The notes: generated by a model from the letters alone, not told the origin. Positions 19,302 to 39,463 are shown, counted from the stretch's first letter. The stretch: 64,000 nt of DNA from the human T2T-CHM13v2.0 reference genome, Homo sapiens (GCF_009914755.1 NC_060925.1); one strand, 5' to 3'. A program made the numbers and translations.

Positions 19302-21310
19302 CTAAAAAATCAGGTGAGCAGAATTGCATAAGCAGATGTATTCCAATCTGAGTCAATAAAAGGTAAAAGCTTATCTTATTAAACGGACCAGCCAAAGTCT
19401 CCAATTAACAAATGAATTCTAAAATGAAAATGAATGACCACTAATGCAGTTTTCTTACATTCTTTATGTCACTCAAGTTTCCTGGTCAGGTGGTTATTTA
19501 TCTATTATTAGAAAAATAGACCAGGAAATTACATAGAAAGGAAAACTCATTTCATCCCCAATTGTTTAATTATTCTACTTTGCAATATTCATGAGACTCA
19601 TAATTAAGAAACTAGCCATTTTATAATTCAACAGGCAAATCTCAGAGAATAAGTAATTTAAAAACTCATGTATTCTCCAAGAGGAATGACTGAAGCAAGA
19701 GTAGAAATATGAGGGGAACATGGAGGTCTGCTGCTATTTGTGCCTTTCCTTCACAGCATGTCTCTGAGTAGCTACTATAAAACACAGAACCCCAGGCACT
19801 GGTTATGCAGGGACTTCAGAGAACTCCAAAAAAAAATAAAAATAAAAAAAATAAAAAAAACATGAAAGAAAAAGGACTCCAGTGGCAAGCATATACTTCA
19901 AGCCAAAGTATATGCTTGAAGAATTTGATCATTTAAATTATGTGAACTAATTATTGCAATAATGACGAGGACTTCTTTGTGGCCTTCCCATAAAGAGAAT
20001 TTTATTTATTTATTTATTTTTTTTTTGAGACGGAGTCTCGCTCTGTCTCCCAGGCTAGAGTGCTGTGGCGCAATCTTGGCTCACTGCAACTTCCACCTCC
20101 CCAGGTTCAAGCGATTCTCCTGCCTCAGCCTCCCTAGTAGCTGGGACTACAGGTGCGTGCCGCCATGCCCAGCTGATTTTTTGTATTTTTAGTAGTGACA
20201 GGGTTTCATTGTGTTAGCCAGGATGGTCTCGATCTCCTGACCTCGTGATCCACCCGCCTCAGCCTCCCAAAATTCTGGGATTACAGGCGTGAGCCACCGC
20301 GCCCAGCTATAAAGAGAATTTTAAAATGCCACTTCTTTCTTAAAACCAAATCACATAAGTACAATTCTAACACTTATACTAAGCGAGTGATTTCCATCCT
20401 CCTTTGGAATTCTCTGCTTCTAGAATTGTTTCCCATATGCTTAGGATGACAAAGTATTATGGATAGAACTTCACTATAACAATGGTATCTGGGGATAAAG
20501 ATAATAACTACATTTAGGTTTTCCACAATAAAATGTATTTTTCATCATGATATATCTTTTACTGCCCCTCAACCCAACAATTTGACCTAAATGGCTGCAT
20601 GGGCAAGAATTTACTATTAGTTAGTCATGTTTATTTACACTTTGTCTTATTCTAAAAAAGATGAAAAGCTAAGAATCATTCAGGGGTTTTACGGTAGTAA
20701 GACTTATAAATTTAATTTTACATTATTTTCTCTTCTCAAGAATAACTGCTCAAGAGTTATGGCTTAATAAAGTTCAGTCACTCAACAGATATTGAATATG
20801 TATTATGTATAAGACTGTTTCCAACTCATTAAACTACTGTGTTTCTGTGTAAAACATAGAGTTTACAAAATTTAAAATAAGTGAAGTCTAATTTCTATGT
20901 ACAAAATACTGTGTACAAAATGGGATAGAGAGAAGATTAAACAAACATACAACTTGTGAAGTGACACTGTTTCTTCATAAACTTCTGGTTGAGTTTTCTA
21001 ATACTTTACATCTGAACCCTCTGGCATATATTCTGAAAACTGATGTTATTAGTGATTTAGTGGCTTCAGCTGGCTGTTAAACATGGATTAAGATGGACCA
21101 CCAAGTGGCTTATCCCAGTGCTGGACAAGATAACCTATCTTCAACTTACCAGCACCCGTTTACTTTTTTAAATATTTGGATTCCCGTGTTTCTTAACTGC
21201 CTTAGGCCAGGGTGCCCAAATTGCTTATAGCATTCATCTAAGGATTTAGAGAAAAAATCCAGGCTCAGCCAGAAAAGAGTATATTGACTGGTTATTGATG
21301 TCTGCCCTGA

Positions 21311-21547
<237 letters not shown>

Positions 21548-22368
21548 TGATGGCCAGGCTGGTCTCGAACTCCTGACCTCAGGTGATCTGCCCTCCTTGG
21601 CCTCCCAAAGTGCTGGGATTACAGGTGTGAGCCACTGTGCCCGGCCCTCTATTCCTAATACATGCTGGTCAGCAAATAATTGATTCTAACAGCCACAACA
21701 GAGGCAGCACAGTGTGCTTATCCCTGAAAAACCTGAGATAAAAGGCAAGAGAGAAAGGAAAAAAGGGAAAAGATAAGGAAAAAAACCAAAAAGATCATGA
21801 GAAGAAAAATAAAGACGGGAAAAGGAGAAGAGGTGGTTATACATGCCATAAAGGAGCATTAGTACTCCATGTTGATGGGTCTATGTTTCTTTCCATTTGT
21901 TATGCTCCCACCACTGACTGGCCAATCTTCTCTCTACCAATACCTGTTATAGATCAACAGATCACCATTTGCTTCTCTGAAGGCCTCCAGATGATTTCTG
22001 GATGAACCTTCCACTGTCTATTCTAAAGGCCCACGTTTTCCATTCTCCCACACTGCATTGATCCCCATGACACTTTATGTCCAGAATGCTACTCTCTGGC
22101 CATTCCTGTCATCCCCAAACATTTTTGTTTTTAATTCCAACATAACATTTTCACCTTCCAAAAACCTTTATAGAGAAGATGAAACCTTACTTTGCCCTCA
22201 TGGTCTGGCAATGACATACCAATAGCTACTGATTCTCTCTAAATGTTTCCCCAAAACACTTAGCCATGAAAAAAAAAAAAAAACAATTAAGTTCAAAGGA
22301 ATTTATGGGACACTCCAAATTGCAGTATAACTTTTGATGTTTTAAGCTGTGTCACCATTTTACTTTAC

Positions 22369-22468
22369 CTGGCTTTTCTTCCTCCCCTTCAGCAAGCTTG
22401 CTTTTGGGAGGAGTTTCCCGGGTAGAATTCACAGTTCGACGAATCGGCATGGTGCTATCTTCTACCTT
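22369..22468 (-). CDS. HP1BP3: HP1BP3 coding exon 2 (100 nt; KVEDSTMPIRRTVNSTRETPPKSKLAEGEEEKP)
   Basis: TAG acceptor after a pyrimidine tract, CAG|GTAAAG donor; phase fits both neighbours. Confidence 0.95.
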
Positions 22469-22901
22469 CTAAGAAAAGAGATGGCCATAATCAAACATGC
22501 ATTAAAAAATTCTCTTTTCTCTCTTTCTCAAAGGGCCTAACTGGGTGTCAGATGTAGGAGAATTCTTCAAGTCGACTCCAGGATCTGATGCAAATTACTT
22601 TTAACAAGTTTTTTTTGAAGTGAAATATGATTTTTAAGATACACTTTTTAAAGTATGTTATTTTAGCTTGAATTTCAAATGGAAACACATAATTATAGTT
22701 GATTTGCTATAAATTTAGAAGGTTGGAGGTTTTCTCAGGAATTTGAGGGGAAAGGGAAGATGAAAAGAATCTGATTTTGTTTCAAATTCACAACCTAGAC
22801 TCCCCAAAGTAAGGGAAGGAACATGTACCAAGAAGGACCCAGCAGGGCCTGAAGTCAGGGATTGATCCAAGAGTGAGCTTCAAGAATGTGTCAGCCCCTA
22901 C

Positions 22902-22997
22902 CTCACCTAACTTGTCCGCGTGGATCAGCTGAGCTCCTACTATAAGTGGGAGTGCCTTAGGATGGACGAGTTCACCTTGAGACGTATCAGTCGCCAT
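22902..22997 (-). CDS. HP1BP3: HP1BP3 first coding segment (MATDTSQGELVHPKALPLIVGAQLIHADKLGE)
   Basis: ATG in AAAATGG Kozak context; donor GAG|GTAGG; N-terminus recognised as heterochromatin protein 1-binding protein 3. Confidence 0.96.
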
Positions 22998-23097
22998 TTT
23001 AAATAATTTCTAGGCCCGAGTACAGGTTACACTCTGAAGCCTCTGCTGTTAACCACAAGGATTTTTCCTAATGGTTTCAGTGTGGTGAAGAATCAAC
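22998..23097 (-). other. HP1BP3: HP1BP3 5' UTR part of the ATG-containing exon (100 nt)
   Basis: Acceptor TTTTCTGTGCTTTAG| ending at 23098. Confidence 0.85.
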
Positions 23098-24156
23098 CTA
23101 AAGCACAGAAAAGACCTGGTGTGAAGATTAACAGAAACAAAACTAAACTAAAACGTCTAAATTTAATACACATCCAAAGGGAAAAAATATAACTATAAAA
23201 TTTATAGGTAAGTGACAGATGATTTGGTTACTCAGAAAGATAAAACTACCAAAATATAGACTACATAAAGCAGCAACTAAGACGAATGCATAAGCCACGG
23301 CAGCTGTTGCACCTTCCACATGAACAAAGACAACAAGGGCAAGGAAGCTCCTAAGGAACCTAACCCCATCCCCTCCTGCCACCATCAGGAACTTAGAAGG
23401 ATAGAATAAAGAGACTAAGGAACAGTTAGTCAAAGATCAGTTTACCAAGAGAAGGCTTTTGTTGTTACTGTTCTCGAAAGAGTCAGGAAAATTAACTGTA
23501 ATCTTAAACTCTATCTCTATTAAAGTACTTTTTTTTTCCTTCTATTAAGGGAAAACACAAGGGGAAAAATACTGCTGAATAACATGACATTCTAATAGCT
23601 TCCAGACCCACAGAAGCAAATTTAGACCATCACCTAGGAGAATAAAAGTATGCTTCTAAGACTGTCATATTTTTAATGTAAGGAAAACTAGTACAGAAGA
23701 ATATAATTAAATATTCAAAGATAAAAACCCATGCAGTCACCCAAGTTTACCTGATCACTAACACCCCCTCTTCCCCAAAAATCTCATCTGAGACTCAATG
23801 ACATTTTATACAAAAATTCCTCAATATAAAAAAAAAAGACCACTTAAGTATCTAGATCTCTGTGCTAATGAACTATTAACAATGAGTAGGGAATGACAGT
23901 CATGCAACTTCTACATTAAGGTCTAACCTTGTCTAAGAATTGAAGAGCTTTCAACTTGGCAAGTAACAGTCCCAACCTACAACAACTAGGATAAATCCGG
24001 AAGATTGAAACAAAGAGGATGCATTCACACTTATCGGGAAAATATTTTTATGGGAACACCAAGAACAATACCAGACTTGTCAATTGTCAGTCAGCTGCAA
24101 GGAAATCTTTCAGTCAGCTGAAAGAATTCAGTGCAGTGTAACACACTCATACTTAG

Positions 24157-24552
<396 letters not shown>

Positions 24553-24845
24553 TAAAACAATATCACAATCAGGTTATCCTTAGTAAAGTTATATTGCTAA
24601 TGAATTTATCTTTCTTAACCCACGATAACACTAGCTAGGCTGAAAATGCTACCGTGAAGTCAACAACCTTCAGGAGTCTCCGTTCATAGGCATCTTTAAA
24701 AAAATACTTTCCCATTTGGTGTAGTAGCTCATGCCTGCAACCCCAGCACTTTGGGAGGCAGAGGTGGGAGGATCCCTTGAAGCTAGAAATTCAAAACTAG
24801 CCTAGTCAACATTAGACTTGGTCTTTACCAAAAGTAAATAAATTA

Positions 24846-24983
<138 letters not shown>

Positions 24984-25239
24984 TTAAAAATCAGCTGGGA
25001 ATGGTGGCATGCGCCTGTAGTCCCAGCTACTTGGGAAGCTGAGACTGGGAGGACTGCTTGAGCCCAGAAGGTTTCGGATGCAGTAACCTGAAATCGAGCC
25101 ACTGCATTCCAGCCTAGGTGACAGAGCAGAGCCTGCCTCAAGAAAAAAAAATAATAATTTAAAAAAAAACACAAAAGGGCCAGGCATGGTGGCTCACGCC
25201 TGTATCTCAGCACTTTGGGAGGCCGAGGCGGATAGATCA

Positions 25240-25752
<513 letters not shown>

Positions 25753-26324
25753 TTAAAACCCAGTTATTTGGGATAAATATTAAGAGACGTTAGGGCTGGG
25801 TACAGTGGCTCATGCCTGTAATCCCAGCACTTTGGTAGGCTGAGGCAGGGATCACCTGAGGTCAGGAGTCCGAGACCAGCCTGGCCAACATGGTGAAACC
25901 CCATCTCTACTAAAAACACAAAAGTTAGCCAGGCGCTGTGGTGTACACCTGTAGTCTCAGCTACTCAGGAGGCTGAGGGAGAAGAATCACTTGAACCTGG
26001 GAGGCGGAGGTTGCAGTGACCTGAGATCATGCCACTGCACTCCAAGCCTGGGTGAAGAGTGAGACTCCATCTCAAAAAACAAACAACAACAATTTAAAAA
26101 AAAAACAAAAAAAATAGAGATGTTAGAGCTCTGCATTTCCTTAGTAAAAGCTGTAGAACTTCAAAGGTTCAATCTGTAGTACTTTCTTTAGAATAGTTGG
26201 GTTAGTCCCAGCTACTCGGGAGGCTCAGGCAGGAGAATCACTTGAACCCGGGAATCCGAAGTTGCAGTGAGCCGAGATCATGCCACTGCACTCCAGCCTG
26301 GGTAACAGTGTGAGACTCTGTCTC

Positions 26325-26355
<31 letters not shown>

Positions 26356-26590
26356 ATGTTAGCCTCAGCTCTGCATTTCCTTAATAAAAGTCAAAGTCAT
26401 AGAACTTCAAAGCTTCAATCTGTAGTACCTGCTTTAGAATAGTTGGGTTAATTGGCTATTTAATAAACTCACTGTTCATTACAGAGCTAAGTATATGCAA
26501 CGTTAATTCACACTGCCTTAACATCACTGTACCTATGTTTTTTGTTTGTTTGTTTTAAGACACGGTCTCACTCTGATGCTCAGGTTGTAG

Positions 26591-26839
<249 letters not shown>

Positions 26840-29206
26840 TAACTAAACTTTTTACTATTGCACTCTGAATGATCAAATTTTGAGGCTGCCACACTTGTTC
26901 CTGGCAGGGATCTTATCTACCTGGTTCATTTGCTGCATACCTGATGCCTAAGAACATACCAGGCACAGAATAGATGCTCAATTAATATTTGTTAAACTAA
27001 AGGATGAACAAATAAAACTTATTTGTGTTTTCCCTTTTTTTTTTTTTTTTTTTTTGAGACCGAGTCTTGCTCTGTCGCCCAGGCTGGAGTGCGGTGGCGC
27101 GATCTCGGCTCACTGCAACCTCCCCTCCCGGTTCACGCCATTCTCCTGCCTCAGCCTCCTGAGTAGCTGGGACTACAGGCGTCCGCCACGACACCCAGCT
27201 AATTTTTTGTATTTTCAGTAGAGACGGGGTTTCACCGTGTTAGCCAGGATGGTCTCGATCTCCTGACCTCGTGATCCGCCCACCTCAGCCTCCCAAAGGG
27301 CTGGGATTACAGGCGTGAGCCACCGTGCCCGGCCTATTCATGTTTTTCATCTTGGTTTTTATATGTGCCAAAAATAAACAGTCTGAGTTTACTTGTGGTT
27401 TACATGGTCCTCTTATGAACATCAGCTTGCTTAAACTTAATGTTACAACAATAACAAATATTTGCTTTTTGTCAAGGGAAATGCTTAAATTAAATCGGTT
27501 GTTTATTTTGAGACAGAGTCTCAGTCTGGAGTACAGTGGCATGACCAGGGATCACTGTAGCCTCGACCTCCTGGGCTCAAGCGATCTCCTCCCACCTCAG
27601 CCACCTGAGTAGCTGGGACTTCAGGTATGCGCCACCACAGCCCGATAGTTTTTGTATTTTCTGTAGAGACAGGGTTGCCCAAGCTGGTCTCTAACTCCTG
27701 GATTCAAGCGATCCTCCTCTTTGGCCTCCCAAAGTGTTAGGATTACAGGTGTGAGCCACCATGCACGGCTTTAAATTATTTGAATGCAAGCAATAAAAAA
27801 AAGTATTGTAGAAATAAAAAGCCCCAAATTTCAGTTTTAATTTATTTCCTCTACATTAAGAGAAGGCTGTAGAAAAGTGAGGAGTTTAACAACGTATTTC
27901 AGTTTACTGATATCCTTGATAATATGCATTTTAGGGAAAGCACTATAATTTCACATTTTACCATAAAATATATGTAATACATGTCATTAGTGATGCGCTG
28001 AACACCTCACATTGTTCCCAATCTTAAGTCATTCACTACACTCAGATTTAACGAGTCATGTCACAAAAAGCATGCCTGTAATTTGACTGCTGACACCACT
28101 TGTTTTTCATTTTCAAATGTAAGTTATATAAGCAAACATATACTCAGTGTCTGTTTTGGGCATAGATACTAAGGACACTACAGTGTCTCATCTCAATAAA
28201 ATCACAATCTAACTGGGTAAGGAGTTAAAACTTTCATCCGGAAATGAAGAGTTCAGTATACGTTCTCCACTAACTTCCAGCCCTACAATCTTCCAAGCAA
28301 GCTTAAAAACAAAGCCAAAACCAACCAACCCAGCAAACTTTAAAATGTTACTTCTATTTTGAAACAAATTACACTAAACTTTTGAGAAGAGCAATGAAAA
28401 ATCAAAAAGCTAACAAGTTTTTTGCCTATGTCAGGTTAAACAAAATTAGAGCACCTTTCAAAAATGACACTAGTCACCTCTAATTTCACTCTAAGACAAG
28501 ACAGCGTGCTCAAAAAGCCCCAGGCGATTTTTAGACGTTATTTCGAATTGGATTCTCACTTTTTAATGCAATGCAAAGTCAGGAAGCACAATAAACAACA
28601 GAGAGAACGTGCACGCGGATGCGGCAGCACAGTTCACCCGGTCCGGTCTCCGTACGGAGACAACTCTTTCTCAAAAAGGTTAAGTGGCTGTCCCCGGTCA
28701 CAGCTGTTAATGCAGTACCAACCCTCAGATCTGGGGCTCTCACCTCACCACTCCTGCCTCCATCTCTTACAAACGCTCAGATGGGCGACTGTAACTTTCT
28801 GACGACCTACCGAGGCACCGCTCTCATTCAAACCCCACCGCCTAAGGTGGCGAGTAACCAGTTCTACGTTTCCCACCGGGGGAGCGAGACTCAAGGCCGC
28901 CGTCGCGGAGCAGCAAAGCGACAGCCGACAGCCCCGCCCGCAGAAGGCCGCGGGAAGGACGGCAAGAGCAGCGGAGACAAAGCAGCGAGGCGAGGTAGCT
29001 ACAGGCCACAGCGGCGAACGCGCACGGCGGGGGAGAGCGCGGGCCGCCAGCGAGGCGGGGAAAGCTCGGACCGCGGACACCGACGGATGAGGCTGGGGCT
29101 CGGCGCGGTGACAGTTCGGGGCTCACGCTCGGCAGGGACACCGCGGCGCCCGCCCCGGCGACGGAAGCAGCGGCGGAACGCGAGCCTCGGCGCTCCGCAC
29201 ACTCAC

Positions 29207-29330
29207 CACTGGGAGCTCCGTAATGGCGGCGGCGGGGGCGGAGAACCCGGGGGGCGGGCCCGCCGCAGCCAGTCACCGCCGCCGGCATCTTTCGAACCGG
29301 CTCCGAAAACCGCTGAGGGAGTGGGGTGAG
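29207..29330 (-). other. HP1BP3: Candidate HP1BP3 non-coding first exon (proximal); 5' end approximate
   Basis: Strong donor GTG|GTGAGT (plus-strand ACTCAC at 29201-29206) inside the CpG island, downstream of CCAAT/GC/NRF1-like motifs. Confidence 0.7.
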
Positions 29331-29752
29331 GGGAGGGCGCGGGCGGACGCCGGACCGCGGCGGGCCTCGGAGCATGCGCAGCCCTCAGCCAATCGGGGCG
29401 GGCAGAGGACGCCGACGCAGGCGCGCTGGGACGCAGGGTCGCACGGCCAGAGAAGAGCTCCCCCTCCTCCCCCAAATCCAAACAAAACAAGGGCGGGAGC
29501 GCGCGCGCCGGAGGGCCCCTGAGGAGGAGTCCACCAAAAGGGCAGGGGGCTAGGTCGCAGGAGAGAGGAAGGGAGCGGGGCGGAGCGGCCGGGTAAGGCA
29601 GACAAAAGGCGCCACCTCCGGGGACCCGGGCGCCCCGCCCCCTCCTCTCTGGGAGCGGCGTCGGCGCCCCGGGCGAGCGGCCTCCGCCACTCGCCTTCGG
29701 GGCCCAGCGAGCCCGCGCCCACTCCCCGGCCGCCTGTTCGGTCCTGCGTTAC

Positions 29753-29880
29753 CTCTGCGTTCGGCCGGTCCTGGCGCCCGCGTCCCGCACGGCCTCTCGG
29801 CGCCGCTCCCGCCGCCGCTAGTCGCCTCCGCCACCGCTGTCCTCCAGTCCCAGCCGCCGAGCTCTGCCGCCCCGCCCCCC
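29753..29880 (-). other. HP1BP3: Candidate HP1BP3 alternative non-coding first exon (distal); 5' end approximate
   Basis: Donor GAG|GTAACG at 29753/29752; GGC-rich 5'UTR-like sequence with GC boxes upstream (~29870-29920). Confidence 0.6.
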
Positions 29881-31094
29881 TACCCGCGGCCCCGCGCGCG
29901 CCCCCGCCGGCCCCGCCTCCCGCGCGTGGGGTGCGAGGGGGCGCGCGGGGACGGGCGGACGCCGGCGGAGCGCGGGGCGTCGGCGCGCGTTCCCGGCGCT
30001 GCGTGGTGGCGCCCATTGCCTTGGCGTGGCGGGGCGGTGTCGGTTTCCTCGGAGGGGCGCCGCTTTCCCCCGCTAACCTTCGCTTTCTGTGCTCTCCAGG
30101 GCAGTCCCTTCTCTTAACTGGGTTTCCGCTTCTGCCACTCGTCCGCCTTTAGCGGGGCTAGCCTTTCCCGCTTCTCAGTTTAGGCGCAGCTCAAGAGCAA
30201 ACCTTTTTTTGAAGACCGTAGAATTGGAAAACTAGAGAGCGGAGAATTCACTGCCTCGCACTCGCTCCCATTAAGTCTCCAGACGGTACAGGGCAGAGTA
30301 GTGACTCGGGACTCAGAACTGAAAAGTTGAAACGGGCTTTCCGGGCTCCCTAATCCTCACATGCAGGGAGAGTTCCCCAGAATGAAAACCCTGAGATTAG
30401 AAGACGGGATTCCCTTTGAATTGTCATATTGCGTTGCTATCAGCGTACTTAAACAACGTACATACGAAGGAAAAGTACAGCTCTTCAAAGCTAGTTTGGA
30501 AAGATTGTTTTTAAAGTTTCAGGTGTTGGGGGACAGGGGAGGGACTGGGTAATAAATGTAAGGAAATACCAGTAGAATTGTCCCAAGCTTACAGTAGATG
30601 ACCAGTACTCAAACGTATGTGCCAAGGTTTATAAAGACTTACGACACCATTTAAGCACTCACCCAGTCGTCTGGCCCTGCCATTAGCATAATTGTCTCAC
30701 CAGCTTTCCCTGCCACAGCCACCCCACTCTATCAGTTCAAATTTCACAGCCAGCATAAAAAATTCTTTACGAGGTGTGCGTTATCATTCATATCCTGATG
30801 GCATTACCAGTCTTTAGTACTCTGGTGTCATATTCCAGCTGTTCAGAAGGGGTTTTGCTCTTTTATGCCATTCTTCATTCTGCTCACTCCCTTCGTTGTT
30901 AACGTTTCTGTTGTCTTCCTTTTCAAAGACTTCCATTTTTATGTATTCGTACATTTAAAACATCCTACCGTTCTTCTTTTACCCTAAAATGTCTTTAGAC
31001 CCATCTCATGTAAGAAGCAGACTCAGATGAGAGCAAACTGGGAGATGTTTCCTCCTCCACAGATTTTTGCTTAAAACAACAACAACAAAACTTA

Positions 31095-34833
<3,739 letters not shown>

Positions 34834-35403
34834 AACACTTGAAGAATAATTCTTGATTGGCTGGTGGGAAGAGGAGGTTTCTGTTCCTAGCCCAGCTGAT
34901 CTGTATTCTTTCCATGAGTCAGGTCTGGTGGATTGCAATTTCACACAGAAGTAACAAAAAATCCAGGCCAGGGCTTGGATCTCATCAGAATGTATGGTCT
35001 TGGCAGGGGTGAAGGTTACTTGACTTTTGTGGTTTCCAGCCAGAAGGACTGGAAACAGTCCCTAACTTAGCTGCAGCTTGGAAAGGGATGGTAGGAGAAG
35101 GAACAATTTATACTGCTTAACAAGAAATGGAGGCTGATAAAAACATTTAATATGACTCTCCCACTCCCAGTGATTTTCTCTTACTTTTTGTAGTGTTACC
35201 TGAGGGCCAAGATGTTGGTTTAAAGGCAGGAACACCCTTGGATCCTCCCTTGCCAGTGTTGCACTTTTCTCTATTCACTGGTGACAATAGCTTGAACTCC
35301 ACTTAGCCTAGCAGTCATCCAACTTTGAAACATTTTCTTAAACTGAAGAATTCTGAAACACATCTTGTCCCAACAGTTTTGGATAAAAGATTGTGAATCA
35401 GTA

Positions 35404-35833
35404 CAGTAATTGCCTCTTGCCCATGCGGGATACGTTCCAAGAACCCCAGTAGATGCCTGAAACCACGGATAGTACAAAACCTTATATATACTATGTTTTT
35501 TCCTATACCTACATACCTGTAAGAAAGTTTCATTTATAAATTAGGTGCAGTAAGATTAACAACAATAAATAATAGAATAATTATAACAATGTACTGTTAA
35601 AAAAGTTATGTGGAAGTGGTTCTCTCAAAATATTTTTGAACTGTGGTCGGGCACGGTGGCTCATGCCTGTAATCCCAGCACTTTGGGAAGCTGAGGCTGG
35701 CAGATTGCTTGAGCCTAGGAGTCAAGACCAGTCTGGGCAAAATGGTGAAACTGTAGGTCTCTACCAAAGAATTTTAACTGTGGGGTCCCTGAAACCTCGA
35801 AAAGTGAAACCGCGAATATAGGGGGTACTACTA
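35404..35833 (-). mobile_element. MER44/Tigger7-family MITE with an inserted Alu fragment
   Basis: GGATACGTTCCAAGA.CCCCAGT.GATGCCTGAAACC end and AAAGTGAAACCGCG..AGGGGGTACTACT end. Confidence 0.7.
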
Positions 35834-36913
35834 TATATAAAAGCCAAAATGTTTTACTAAATAACATTTACCTTAAGGTGTATTTGTATGTTCTATTTTT
35901 TTAAAATGCCAACTGCATTTTTAAAAGTTAATTCTGCCATTCAGTTAGAGAAACTCTATCCTATAGGTGTCAGCAGCCTCCACCCAGCGCTCAGTGGGAG
36001 TCAACTTTTCCACCTACAGCTCTTACCTGAGGGAGTTTGAAAAGTGTGCCAAAAATTTCCTATCATTTTGAGGATAGAAGTTTTAAATAATAGTTATCCT
36101 TGAGTTTGTAGCATCTGACATACTGAGTAGAGTTACAATTCAGCACTCAAGGGAACAGAAACATTTGAGAATGTTATTACAAGAGTCTTTCCATAGGGAT
36201 GGAATCTAAAACCAAGAGGAGTAAAGTACTTAGTCCCGCCATCTTCAGGGAAACTTCAGGGAACTTGCTTTCAAGCCTGTATTCATGTCAGGTTCTGGGA
36301 TTTGTGTTGATAGGTCTTTTCCCGCTTTCAATGCCAGAGGCAAACCAGCCGCTTTTTAGACTGAAGAGACACTACTTGCCAGATTTACTAAAAGCAGAAT
36401 ATATCCAGTTTTGTTTTGATGGTGTAATGTGAAGTAAATGTACTAACAGCACTGTTCCTCCCCTTTCACTCCTGCTTTGTGGCTTTACAGGCAAATCTTT
36501 GCAGGAGGATTCCCTTCTTTGCAGGGCAACCAGGCCTCTGAGGGTGACCAGAAATTAGTGTCAGCTCAGTGACATCCAGGGTGACCAACTGTCCCAGTTT
36601 ATCCATTGAGGGTAGGGTGGGGGTTGAACTTTCAGTTTGTTTGTTTTTTTTTTTTTCCTTGAGATGGAGTCTTGCCCTGTCGCCCATGCTGGAGTGCACT
36701 GGCGCAATCTCGGCTCACTGCAACCTCTGCCTTGGGTTCAAGTAATTCTCCTGCTTCAGCCTCCTGAGTAGCTGGGACTAGAGGCACGTGCCACCATGCC
36801 TGGCTAATTTTTGTATTTTCAGTAGAGACGGGGTTTCACCATGTTGGCCAGGTTGGTCTTGAACTCCTGACCTTGTGATCCACCCGCCTTGGCCTCCCAA
36901 ATTGCTGGGATTA

Positions 36914-37339
<426 letters not shown>

Positions 37340-37363
37340 TTAAAAAAAAAATTAGCCTCCTCA

Positions 37364-37690
<327 letters not shown>

Positions 37691-37736
37691 TTAAAAATCA
37701 GAATCACGAAATTGGATCCATTTATTTAAAAAATAA

Positions 37737-37983
<247 letters not shown>

Positions 37984-38415
37984 TAGCTGGAACTACAGGC
38001 ACACGCCACCACGCCCACCTAATTTTTGTATTTCTAGTAGAGACAGGGTTTCACCATGTTGGCCAGGATGGTCTCGATCTCTTGACCTCGTGATCTGCCT
38101 GCCTCGGCCTCCCCAAAGTGCTGGGATTACTGGCGTGAGCCACCGCGCCTGGCTGGCTCTGAGTACTCTTAAGACACTTGCACAAGGCTGTAAATTTTCA
38201 ACCATCCAAACTTTGGAATTAGTAGCATAATTCTTGAGAACCATGTATATCAAGACCCAGGATTGTTCAACTTTAAAACCTGACATTTTATTGGTGATAT
38301 TCCTGCTCTTCTCAAAAGATAAAACATTTTGAGCAAGAAGAAACCCCCACATGATTATCCTAATCTTTGTGTCTCTGTTTTACACTCTGCTGGTTGAGTC
38401 TATGACACTTAATAA

Positions 38416-38640
<225 letters not shown>

Positions 38641-39176
38641 TAGCCAGGATGGTCTCGATCTCCTGACCTCGTGATCCGCCTGCCTCAGCCTCCCGAAGTG
38701 CTGGGATTACAGGCGTGAGCCATCGCGCCCGGCCTAGAATTTATTCTGAGCAGCCAGCTTGTTTGGTATAGCTGTCTCTTTGCCCAAAGTAGTTGGCATC
38801 CCCTAAATTAGGAACAAAGCCAGAGCTGGATGTGACAGAACATGCATTTCTAAGTACCTGGTATTTTTAGGAGTTCATTATGATTTTGTAGGAAAATAGT
38901 CATTTTCTTTCTAGGTAGGGCAATAAACAACTTGAAAAGGACACTAAGCATTGATCCTTGTGTTAAAAAAAAAAAAAAAGGATTTTGCAATGTTCTATTG
39001 AATCCCAGGAGAAGTGGGAGCTAAAAGCCTCTATTCCCAGGTCTGTTAGCAGTAGGGATAGACACTTAAGACTTCATAGTATTGCCGGGCACGGTGGTTC
39101 ACGCCTGTAATCCCAGCACTTTGGGAGGCCAAGGCGGGCAGATCACGAGGTCAGAAGATTGAGACCATCCTGGCTA

Positions 39177-39463
<287 letters not shown>

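Larger units (their letters stand above)
28600..30200. promoter_or_regulatory. CpG island / HP1BP3 promoter
   Basis: Very high GC and CpG density; NRF1-like GCATGCGCA at 29372-29380, CCAAT at 29389-29393, multiple GGGCGG boxes, YY1-like ATGGCGGC at ~29223. Confidence 0.92.

Noticed and set aside
28464-30152. Long ORFs on both strands (236, 247, 177 aa and others)
   Set aside because: Low-complexity R/G/P/A translations expected from stop-poor CpG-island DNA; no recognisable domain
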